Source of the DNA: Ruditapes philippinarum
Lineage: Eukaryota
Direction of reading: 5' to 3'
DNA length: 64,000 nt
Assembly (NCBI RefSeq): GCF_026571515.1
Contig: NW_026857358.1
Coordinates: 186,001-250,000, forward strand
Shown: positions 13,201-22,888 of the stretch, piece after piece
Position numbering within the stretch: position 1 is the stretch's first letter
How the letters are laid out: each line of letters opens with the position of its first letter
Made by a program: the position numbers and the translations under genes
Notes under the pieces: generated by a model
Told to the model about the DNA's origin: nothing
Seen by the model: the letters and a program-made list of their open reading frames with translations, nothing else
Databases searched by the model: none

Positions 13201-16045
13201 AACCCATTTGAGACGAAAAAAGCTCTAAATGTCCCATATATTACCATGAAGGGGATCATACTGGACTTCGTACTGAATGTAGTTCTCTAAAAAAAACAAA
13301 TATTTCTCTATCTCCTCTTTGTCATGGTGGCATAGAGGTAAGTAATCACACATTTTGCTTTGAATATCAACGCTATGCTGACAGAAGGGCGTGTTTTCTT
13401 TATATTATATCTACCATTTGTTCAGTAACTCTCTTAACTTTGTTAAATGGAGATCCAAAACTTAGTGATGACACAAACATATGACTGAAGCTGTTTATAC
13501 CTACATCCGAGATTATCTCGTATTCACATCAACTGTTTGCGTCCTATTCAAACTGTCAGACTACCCGGATGAATCCGCATATTAGTTAGTTCTTCATTTA
13601 TTTCTGAAAGTTTCTTTCCCCTGCCATGATTAGTCCCCTACTGGTTTAACCGGAAGGGACTTTAGGTTTACCATCCGTCTGTCCTTACGCCCGTCCGTCC
13701 GTCCACAAAACTGGATCCCGTGATAACATAAAAGTACTGAAATAATTTTTCTATGAAACTTGAAATATGAATAGATGGCAGGCTGGGGATTATGCACGCC
13801 TTTTTTCTTACTATGTTGAAAATTTGGTTATCACGGCAACAAATCGGCTTAAAATATTGCGAATATAACACAGAAACTGTGATAACGCAAAACGTATTGG
13901 AAACTTAAAGATCCTGTAACACAATTTCTTATGGTTTTAAATCATAAATTTGATGCTCAAATTAAAATTTATCAATATTGTAGGTTCCAAAAAACATTAT
14001 TTATAAAGAATTTAACGTGTCATGTTAATAAAGGGAGGTAATAAAACATTTATTTTCTATAAAGTTTAAGTCAAATTTTACAATAAGAAATGAATACATA
14101 TATTTTAATGATAACATATAATATCCACAAATATTTGCAGTACACATTTTACATATTCTTCGATGTTTGTAAATTGTTTTTTTTGCATAATTATGCACAT
14201 ATATATAATTTCACTTAGTGTGGTTTACCACTTTGATCACAACATACAGGATCTTTAATATACGGGTAGATGGCAGTCTGGACATCTTTTTTTTTTAATT
14301 ATTATATTAAAAAAGAATTGGTTCCTATGGCAACAAATATACTTAAAATATAGCAAATATAACACTATTTGTGATAGCTCGAAAAGTACTGAAAATATTT
14401 TTATGACACTTGAAATATGGATATATTGCAGTATGGAGATTATGCACATCATAATAAGCTCAACTCTATATCGTATATTGAGAGCTGTCCTACTCATCCA
14501 GCGCCGGCGACTGCGTCAAGTTTTCTGATTAAAGTTTTTATGTAGTATTTACTTTAAACTAAAAATATATGTTTCTGATTATCAACCACATCATACGTGA
14601 CAAGGTTCGCAACTCTAGCACCAAGAATTACCACCATGAACTTAGAATGTTCATGAAGAAATGTAATTTTTTATAAGTTCTTTATTTCTCAATGTATCTA
14701 CTTCAAACTTCAAATATATGTCTTTATCATCACTCACACACATTTATGGTAAAGTTCATAATTCTAGCACCTATATTATTTGAATTATCATCATTGAACT
14801 AAAAATTTTCTTAAAGAAAATGTTGTTTGTTTTCTATAACTTCTTTCTTTCTTAAGGTATGTACTTCAAACTTCAAGCATAGGTTCCTTATTATCACTCA
14901 AATCATTCAGTGCCCTAGCTTGACTATTTCCAGAATCCCTCTGTCTGTCAGCCCGTCTGTCTGTCAGTCCCTAAAACTGTTTCCTGGGGTCACTTTTAAA
15001 GAAATTGGAACTTTTCCAACGAATTTACTTCTCAATTATCCCTATATATCAACTAAATCTAATTTTCAGTACAATTTGTAACTTTTTACTGTTTGAGAAT
15101 TGACATATTTTCTTTTATCGTTCCGACAAAGGTTTGTATCTAAATATTCTTCTACCGATAAAAAAGTTTAATATAAAAAGAGTGAACGTTCCTGTCAAGA
15201 ATATGTTATCATCAGATAAATATGTCGGCATAACTTGCTTGTGTTATGAGGCTTTACCTCCCTTTAACCGTAGTATTATAATTTTCAGATTCTCGTTGTA
15301 TAATCGGTATTTAGGGCGACTTGTTCCGAGTATCATCAGCAAGTATAACACCCAGTTTAAGCTACAAGAGGTAAGTTTAACATAGTTTCCTGCAAATGAT
15401 AGAAAATGTTCCAACTTCACAGACAGAGAATTCATATTAACCCGTAGTCTGCTGGAGGCAACAAATTCTACCAATATGACCAGTGCAGACTTACATCAGC
15501 CGCATGTATCTTGGTTTGCACTGTTCGCTATTTCCTCCATACATAATTTGAAATTTTCCCAAATAAAAGATTTTGTCTAGATTAAAAGATGGACAAGTAT
15601 ATAACATATTTATCATGGTAAAAGAAATGTAGAATATGAACGGGATAAAATGCTAACAAGTTTTCATTTCATTTTTTTAAGATTTTAAGATGAATAGATA
15701 GAAATAAATACAAGTATAAATGATACTATTGAAAGTTTATTTTTATATTTTATTGGTTTCATTCTCTCAGTCGATTGACTGATACATGTAAGACGGTGGT
15801 TCTACTGATGTTCGTAGTGGCTTTCCTCCATCAGCCACTCAATCAGTACTTGTGAACATTTTGAAGACTTGAAATTAAACCCGCATAAATAATATATTTA
15901 GGCTGACGAATTTTTTAACAAGTATCCGGATGCGGGTGCTGGATCTCGCGCCAGAATACAAGCAAGGGAGAGTATCCAAAACAACATCGACTGGATGACG
16001 AACAATGCAGACAATATCAAGAACTGGCTCCAGCAGCAAGTGTGA
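1111..16045 (+). CDS. ENPEP: M1-family zinc aminopeptidase, glutamyl aminopeptidase (aminopeptidase A)-like; 5'-partial spliced gene, 14 coding exons in window
   Basis: Exons join in phase: 1111-1265, 1896-2009, 5463-5597, 6047-6178, 6642-6820, 7424-7503, 7911-8056, 8700-8903, 9093-9166, 9565-9669, 9940-10110, 10368-10508, 15289-15370, 15902-16045(TGA). Motifs GAMEHWG, HEIAH-x18-E (WLNEG), ISYSKG (catalytic Tyr), [16 protein letters not shown]-terminal NRYLGR and [11 protein letters not shown] closely match the mammalian ENPEP sequence as I recall it (NNRNLGR, FFAKYPQAGAG). Orthology is by recognition, not by search. Confidence 0.9.
1661..1868. other. Assembly gap (N-run) in ENPEP intron
   Basis: N bases; flanking exons are contiguous in protein (HEIAHM|WFGN), so no constitutive exon is lost. 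Confidence 0.99.
1896..2009 (+). CDS. ENPEP: ENPEP-like exon b ([23 protein letters not shown]...DWEM)
   Basis: atcAG acceptor, GTaata donor, 114 nt; third zinc ligand Glu in NEG. Confidence 0.94.
2396..5483 (+). repeat. 59-bp tandem array (~52 copies) built from the ENPEP intron/exon-c junction
   Basis: Consensus GTAATGCTTTGTTAATCACGAAGTCATATCGTTAACAG (38 nt) + ATGGATCAGATGGTAGTTGAT (21 nt); the last unit runs into coding exon c. Confidence 0.97.
5463..5597 (+). CDS. ENPEP: ENPEP-like exon c ([11 protein letters not shown]...FDAISYSK)
   Basis: ttaacAG acceptor (last unit of the 59-bp array), GTcaaa donor, 135 nt; SHPI and ISYSK motifs. Confidence 0.9.
6047..6178 (+). CDS. ENPEP: ENPEP-like exon d (GASILRML...LWDDLGQ)
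   Basis: ttttcAG / GTtagc, 132 nt, phase 0-0. Confidence 0.92.
6642..6820 (+). CDS. ENPEP: ENPEP-like exon e ([22 protein letters not shown]...SPF)
   Basis: ttattAG / GTaatt; M1 'MDTWTxQMGxP' motif. Confidence 0.9.
7424..7503 (+). CDS. ENPEP: ENPEP-like exon f (YKWFVQLDY...KDDDS); not in ORF track
   Basis: ttaacAG / GTaaat; phases 2 and 1 bridge the flanking exons; YKW motif typical of M1 domain III. Confidence 0.85.
7911..8056 (+). CDS. ENPEP: ENPEP-like exon g (VSFDVNT...GFYRVNY...GPAA)
   Basis: atttAG / GTgtgt; [14 protein letters not shown] motif at the start of the ERAP1_C domain. Confidence 0.88.
8185..8365. mobile_element. Short dispersed MITE-like repeat, copy A
   Basis: Shares CACGGATGTGCA..TGG..TGGCTC.ATA core (8290-8301) with 46480-46491; weaker relatives near 11200-11320 and 15470-15625. 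Confidence 0.45.
8700..8903 (+). CDS. ENPEP: ENPEP-like exon h ([21 protein letters not shown]...DSLR)
   Basis: ttcttcAG / GTatgt, 204 nt; DRxxLxDDAFxLARAG motif. Confidence 0.92.
9093..9166 (+). CDS. ENPEP: ENPEP-like exon i ([24 protein letters not shown]); not in ORF track
   Basis: ctcttttAG / GTgagt; phase-compatible with neighbours. Confidence 0.88.
9565..9669 (+). CDS. ENPEP: ENPEP-like exon j ([11 protein letters not shown]...C...FRGWIDNGE)
   Basis: atttcAG / GTatgt; conserved Cys pair. Confidence 0.88.
9940..10110 (+). CDS. ENPEP: ENPEP-like exon k ([14 protein letters not shown]...[10 protein letters not shown]...LLNR)
   Basis: atttcAG / GTtaga, 171 nt. Confidence 0.9.
10368..10508 (+). 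CDS. ENPEP: ENPEP-like exon l (YLEFSKN...QDFFTVV...[21 protein letters not shown]); not in ORF track
   Basis: ttacAG / GTaaga, 141 nt; QDxF and AWxW motifs. Confidence 0.9.
10550..11120 (+). mobile_element. Decayed HINE-like element with degenerate internal ~120-130-bp repeats
   Basis: CCGTTCGTTCGACCGTCTGTC head followed by recurring ACCATAAC...ATTG(C/T)CCTTTGT and AACTTGAA(G/C)CTTCATA motifs. Confidence 0.45.
12312..12384 (-). pseudogene. Degenerate tRNA-derived sequence (SINE head or tRNA pseudogene)
   Basis: Minus strand TGGTCGAGGGG (A-box-like) and GAGTTTAAATCCC (B-box-like) at tRNA spacing, followed by T-runs; no intact cloverleaf. Confidence 0.35.
13020..13530 (+). mobile_element. 3' fragment of a CR1/L2-type LINE ORF2, frameshifted
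   Basis: Broken frames read ..KLRNA.., [52 protein letters not shown], resembling the C-terminal region of invertebrate CR1/L2 ORF2. Confidence 0.55.
13630..14460 (+). mobile_element. Degenerate HINE/Helentron-type non-autonomous element in ENPEP intron
   Basis: TTAGTCCCCTACTGG...CCGGAAGGGACT imperfect hairpin, (GTCC/GTCT)n microsatellite, internally repeated blocks (ACTTGAAATATG...GATTATGCAC at ~13760 and ~14410; GGCAACAAAT...AATATAACAC at ~13835 and ~14330). Confidence 0.6.
14500..14990 (+). mobile_element. Decayed HINE-like fragments with ~150-bp internal repeats
   Basis: Recurring ACTTCAAACTTCAA...ATCACTCA...TCTAGCACC blocks; (CTGT)n microsatellite at ~14940. Confidence 0.4.
15289..15370 (+). 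CDS. ENPEP: ENPEP-like exon m ([14 protein letters not shown]...KLQE)
   Basis: ttttcAG / GTaagt, 82 nt. Confidence 0.88.
15902..16045 (+). CDS. ENPEP: ENPEP-like terminal exon ([32 protein letters not shown]...QQV*); not in ORF track
   Basis: atttAG acceptor, TGA at 16043-16045; candidate AATAAA at 16324-16329. Confidence 0.9.
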   Translation, partial: ADEFFNKYPDAGAGSRARIQARESIQNNIDWMTNNADNIKNWLQQQV

Positions 16046-18923
16046 CGTATGATCACGTGATCAACATACTTGTGACAAAACAAAATATTTAAATAGTGTG
16101 TGTATATAGGACTATGCATGTGTGTTTTAAAAAATAATACATTTTATAAAAAAAAAGGCCATTCATTTCAAAGTTTGAATGTAAACGTATTAACATGGTA
16201 TATGAACACTAATATAGCCAATGGAAACTAAGCATTTTGATATTGATATGATTTGAATAATAATCATTAAACATGGTGTAATTCCGATGATGTAATTTAC
16301 AGATTACCTTTATATATTTAGACAATAAAAATAACAATAATATATATATTGATATATTGATAAATATATATATATATATAAAGTGTATATCAGTGCTGTA
16401 TTCATAATACATGTATCCATGTAAACTATTGAAGGTTGTTTTTTTCCTCTTTTATCTCCTAATCTGCACAATAGATTCAAGTTGTTTATAAAATTCTAAT
16501 TTTACACATGTTTCTAATATGAAAGTTTCATAACAGGATAATAATGATAGTTTACCCCTAATTTGATACACCTTTTCGGGGATTTAAACTCACTGTTTAT
16601 TGCATACCTGCGATACATTTCGTAATTTTAAAAGCAATAAGTTGGCCATGGATTCCGTCATGCTCGTGTTGTCCCAATCTATGCGCAGTTATTTTATTGT
16701 GATGAATGGATATTGCAGAATTGTGAAACTCCGTAATGGGTTTTCAAAGGCTTAAATGGAATTACGTGGATACTTTTCAGATATCTCCTGATAATTTCAA
16801 TTTTAAGGAACAAATCGGAAGGGTCTAAATCACTCTTATATTTGTAACATTTTCACAGAAATCGATTAAGATGTCACTGGACTATTGATAAATGACATCG
16901 GGGATCAAAATTTGACATTATTTTGTTCGCAATAAATGGATAGAACGAATGGGGGATTATGGAAGGAACAATTTACGCTCCCTTGATGAAATGGTTTTCG
17001 AATCGTTCATTTTAAGGTGTTGTACCTAATGTTTGTCACTTGTTTCCTCGTTGCTGTCTACATAAATATATGTTTTGTGAAAAGCATAGAGAATGTATGC
17101 ATCACCATTGGCTTAAGTAAAGATAAGCTGATTTAAAATGATATACAATTCGCCGTTTACCTGTCCGAATATTAGGTTGATTTTATTTTCAAATAAAAAC
17201 GTATCTGACCATTTTTTGTCTCCTGATTAGTATTTAAAAACAACTATTTTATATGTATACATATATACGAAGTGTGTTATCGGTAATTTTGTACAATATC
17301 ATACAACTGTAAAATTCCAATTATAAGAACTAAGTTGAAATTTTTCAGGCATTATAAATCAGAATTGTTACCAGACTCTATGAAAACAATGTATATGAAG
17401 TAAGACGACAGTGAAGTGGTCACCTAGTTTTTAGGGTCTGTCTCTCAACTAAAGTAACTTTCGGAACGATCCCTATGGGGGCCTCGACCGCTTTTTCTGA
17501 TATGACGTCAGTACTTACAAATTCCAGAAAGCGAACTCTACAATGCTTTAAATACATTTAAAGTTTTATTCTCAATTGAGCTAAAATAAAAATAAAATGT
17601 TGTCTTTCCTTGAATTAATGTTATGAACGCAACATGAATATTCTGGTCGACATTTTTGAAAGCCATAATGTGATGTTATGCTGGAAGAGGCTACCAGGCA
17701 AGCTGTTATATATGTCCATAATTCTGTAATCCCCCTCTATTGACCATTTTATCACCATTCTATTGATGTATATTGTTCGTTTGCATTTGATTGTTCCTCA
17801 CCTGTTATGTGTCCGAAATTCCAAAATTGTTTAATAGTCTATGTAGCAACACCGTCATTTATCCAATTTGAGCGGTCATGTGATGAAAGAGAGTGGAATT
17901 TTAAGGATTTGTAAGTTAAATTGTGGTCAGACAATCTCGTCTGATGTACATCTTAATCCTGCTTTTATCTTGGCGATTTATGAATAATGTATAGACATAT
18001 ATTCAAGTATTTTGTAGGATTTACTGTAAGTCGTGAGAATAATTCTTGCGTAAGAATAGCCCAGCTGTTTCATGTTAAACAGTGAAGTGATCTATCTAAA
18101 CAAAGACTATTTAAGCCAAAATTGGACAGATATAAGGCATAAAGACTAACTCGTAATTCCGGTAATTCTTGAGAAGAAGAAAATATTCATTTGATATGAT
18201 AATGTCTCCTTAACAATGTATGATTTTTACAGATTCCTATCAAGTCTACAGTGCACTTGATTTATATATAAATACAATTATACTAAATCCTTTTCATGAT
18301 TCGTAAGATAAAACGAAACATAATATATAAACATGTCTAGCAAATCAATCTATACAGCTATATATCATTAAATGCACTATATGTGCACGATGTTATTACA
18401 TGTGCTCTTTGTAAGGTCACAAGAGATTTATCCGGTGACATGATACCCTAAATATGCTGAACATTCTGATATCGAAATATTCTTCTGGGAAAGATTTTTA
18501 TGCAGACGACATTGGAAATATTGATGTTGACAATGGTCAAACATTTATAAACAAACTATTTAGATATTAACGAGGTTCAGTCATGATACTAGCTTTATTT
18601 TTATTGTGTGTATCATGAAAAAAGAATTACATTTTAAAACAAAAGATCTGGTAAGTTTAAACATTATAGTTTCCTAGATATATTTGAAATTGTGTCCGAT
18701 AATGTGCTTGTTTTTTGGTATCTGAATGGTGTTTTTAAGGTAGCACAGGAAATTTAAAGATGGTTGAGATGACCCGTCCTAGTCAGCCCAAACCTACTGC
18801 TACCAAAGGTAACGTTGATACTGAAGAAAATCTAATTAAACAAGGATTAAAAAAACTAGCTAAATATACCGATATGTCATCGGGATCTGTTCATTACATT
18901 TACACAACAAATTAATACCTTTG

Positions 18924-19631
18924 TTATTCCCTGCGGTCTGGAGACCGCAGGGTATTGGTACGCGTTTAACTTTTGAGGCATGGAGGAGCACGTGACCTGT
19001 TTTCGGTACATGGAGGAGCATGTGATCTGTAAACCGTACATGATTGGTTAATTGACCTTTTCGAAAACCTAGCTAAATACCGTTTGCCGGTACGTTACGG
19101 ATTTAAGTCCGAATTACAGCTTATCAAGAACAAAAAACTATTACGTGATATTTCTAATTTTCTATAATTATTTTACCGTTTAAGGTGGAAAAATTTGAAT
19201 GATGTGTTTGAAAATTATCAATATTTCTTTAATATATATCTCAAATTTTACAAACAATGAATTGTTTATACTGAAAATTCACAGAATTAAAATATTCGTA
19301 GGGGCATCTGCCATAATAAATAGAGATATTTTCTGCGTAAACTTGTGTGTTTACGTTATCTATTTTTTGCTCGGAATTATTCATAAAATGGTAGGCATAT
19401 TTAATCATTTTCTTAAAAAGAAATAATTGTTTTATGTTCGACCTTCTCCGGTCTTCAACGGTCACCAGTTTCCAAAGACCTTATTCTATATTGGTCGTTT
19501 ATTCAATTGTCAACTATATTCCTGATACAAACGTTTATTTATCCCCCCCCCCCTCCAAAAAAAATGAAAATAGTTTAATGAAATATCTTTATATCATTAA
19601 AATGTTCACCGCAGGAAACCATTTTACTTGT
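18924..19631 (+). mobile_element. Non-autonomous Helentron/HINE (DINE-1-like) element, copy 1
   Basis: Starts TTATTCCCTGCGG with a perfect 11-bp hairpin (CCCTGCGGTCT-GG-AGACCGCAGGG, 18929-18952); subterminal inverted match CCGCAGGAAA near 19609, ending CTTGT; second copy at 22120. Confidence 0.65.
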
Positions 19632-22119
19632 AACAGTATAATTATATTGGTTAAAGTATCACCGTATGGTGTGTGTAATAGTCCAAAACGATGTAAATTG
19701 TATTTAAAAATATCACTTATCATACAGCACCAACATCCACCAACTTTCTGCAACAGATACGAAGCCAAAAGATTATAGTTGGTGTTCGAATAGGGGAAAA
19801 TATGCTTCCTCAAATACAATCCTTTAGATAAAAAAAATAAACCTTATATTGGCTTTATGCATTTTAATATTCTCATAATTTTTGTTCATATAGATGTTTT
19901 TATTAAACGATAAATCTACTACAATGTGTCAGCTTTTATTTAACTCAAGGGATACACGAGAGTTTTATCATTGCCTTAACCCCAGCTTATATATGTTCAA
20001 TAAAAAGCGAGACAATCTCGCTCGTGGTATTTCCATAAACGTGTCAATTGCTGGGTAATTAATGTTGTTAAATCTTACCTACTGTCCTCCAGCTATTGAT
20101 CAGCGTGTCAGTTGACAATGTGTGTTTATAATGTACGAGGAGAAGCGCCAACAGCACCGTATATCCAGGATTGAACTTTTGATCCGCCGTACATCCCCGA
20201 TATCCGGGTAGCTTAGCCGTGCTCGTATTCAGTGAAGGAATGTGTATATTTATCAATTTCTCTGGCAAGAAATTTCATCTGAATAAACAGATGCGCCATG
20301 ATAGATTGTGTTTTAAACAGATTTCACGAGTAATGACGCGAACCTTGGCTTCATACAATGTCACAAAATGGTTTATTGTGGGTCTTATTTCCTTTTTGTT
20401 CAGTTTTAATTTTGTTTGGAATGGTTTTGAAATTAATCCAATGAGTATGCGTTATACACGTCAATAAGAAATTATTTGGTACATTATTGCTTATAAGTAT
20501 GTGTTTCAGTTGGGTATTTAATGCCACAAAATTTAATAAAGTAGTTTGAAACTTAATATATTATTTTGAATATTTTGACATCTTTCATACTGTCAAGCAG
20601 ATTTTGTATTTCATAATATTCATAGCAACAAATTATCTAATTATATTTTGTTTTGCAATTCTTAAACACTTTTACAAAGGATGGCGTGATTTAATGAGAC
20701 CAAATTTGCAAACGATATCTTTCGAATTATCTCTTCAGGTCGACATTGATATTTTATTTTAGTTTTTAGCATACCGATTATTCATAAGCATGACATTCTA
20801 TTTCTGCACATGTTTGCAAATCTAAATGATTGTGTATGTAAATGGTTCGGACAGAATTAATCTCTCCTAAACGAAACATGATAGAAATATAATATCTCTT
20901 TTACTTCAATATAGTCCACAGATGACCTTACAAAATGAGCAAATGCACGCTGACTACAAGCAATCATATTGAGAGAATATACAAAAATCAAGTCATTTGT
21001 AATGGTAATCAGAATTGCAATACAAATATATATTTCTATTTATGACATGCTAGATAAATTACGATTTTCTATTCATGATGTGGTTATTGGCATTCGTTTG
21101 AAGAATTGTTGTCTGCAGCTGTGTTGTATGTCCAGTGTAAGTTAGGACTTACTTCTAAGAAAAAGAAACTTTTCTTGGATGCCTTAATACATAAGAATGT
21201 TATAAAGCATATACTGTAATATGTTTAAGTTGTGGTACAACATCATTTAAATATTCTTTATCTATAGAAATGACAGTATTTCACAGTTCAAATATGTTTT
21301 TATTTAGCGAGAAAGGTGCGCAATAGGCTTTTAATTATGATATTGCAGGTATAAATGAAACATTTCTTTTCTGTTTAATTAAGATGTGCACCAAAGGCTT
21401 TGAAGTGCACTTAAAATGCCTATTGGAACGCGATTTGTAAAATAAAATTCAAAATATGATAAGGTTGTATTTAATCTTAAGATCATTTGTGGACGGACGG
21501 ATTTAGTCTGTCAGAGAAGGTCAAAGTCTCTGACATACAGATTCGTCTTCGAGATACATAGCCGAATAAACACACAAAATATCGTAACATTCAAACAGAA
21601 TGACTCCGTAACTATAACATAGCAAGTATAAAGCTTTATTAATAATTCCACATTTGACAGATTTTGAAGTTTCAAATTTCCTGCCCTGAATTTTATTGAT
21701 TTAGAGATAAAGCTATTAAGTAATGGCATTAAATTGTATACGTAGTTTGACAGTTTCCACTATCATCGTTTTTAAGTTTTTCAAAATCAAGAAATTATCT
21801 AGAAGTAGTTTGTACAAAAAAAGAAACAATTACAATTCGTATGCACGAAATATAAAAAAAGGCAAACACTCCAACGAGAGCCTTTTTTGATGTTTGAATA
21901 AATTGTGTGTGATAATTTTAGAATCAATCTTTATCTTTTAAGAAGTTATGGGATGAAATAACAGAGTTAAATATCTATAGAATTACTCGACAAGACCTGA
22001 TGACTGTAATATTTCCCGGTTTAAGTAGAATATATGATGCTCTAGGGACTGTTCTAAACAAAACCTACCTCGAAATATAGAACTTCTGCATTTGATTGCG
22101 TCTTGCTTTAGCGCTAAAT

Positions 22120-22888
22120 GTCATTCCTTGCGGACTGGAGCCTGTGCCATTAATTTTAGAGGCATGGAGGAGCACGTGACCTGTTTTCGGTACATGGAGG
22201 AGCACGTGATCTGTTAACCCCGTACATGATTGGTTTATTGACCTTTTTGAAAACTTAGCTAAACGCCGTTTTCCGGTACGTTACGGATTTAGCTCTGGAA
22301 AATAACACCCGATATTTCTATTTTTCTATCATTATTTTATCGTTTGAGGTGGAAAAACTTGAGGTGTTTGAAAATCATTTCAATGTTGCTTTAATATATA
22401 TCTCAAATTTTACAAGAAATAAATTGTTTATATAATGAAAATGTATGAAATTAAAACATTCGTAGTGCATTTGTCATAATAATAGAAGATATTCTGCGTA
22501 AACTTATGTTTTTCACTTTATTTTTATTTCCTTTTTTGATCGGAATTATCCATACAATGATATTTAATCATTTTATTAAAAAGAAATAATTGTTATTTCA
22601 CTTAAATACAAAGAAAATACCAAAAACATAGGATCGTTATTACACGCCATTTTTATGAATGATACAGACGGTCGACCTACTAATCGTCTGCTCCGGTCTC
22701 AGATGGTCACCGGTCTCCAATGACCTTTTCCTATTGATCGATTTTTGTCAACTATATTCTCGATACAAACGTTGTTTTTGTTGTTGTTGGTTTTTTTGTT
22801 GATTTTTTTTTAACAATTTTGAAAAGAGTTAAATAAATATCTTTAAATTATTAAAATTTTCCCCTGCAGAAAACCATTTTAACTTGTA
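22120..22888 (+). mobile_element. Non-autonomous Helentron/HINE-like element, copy 2 (same orientation)
   Basis: Collinear with 18924-19631 throughout (e.g. GAGGCATGGAGGAGCACGTGACCTGTTTTCGGTACATGGAGGAGCA); right arm of the 5' hairpin is missing. Confidence 0.65.
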
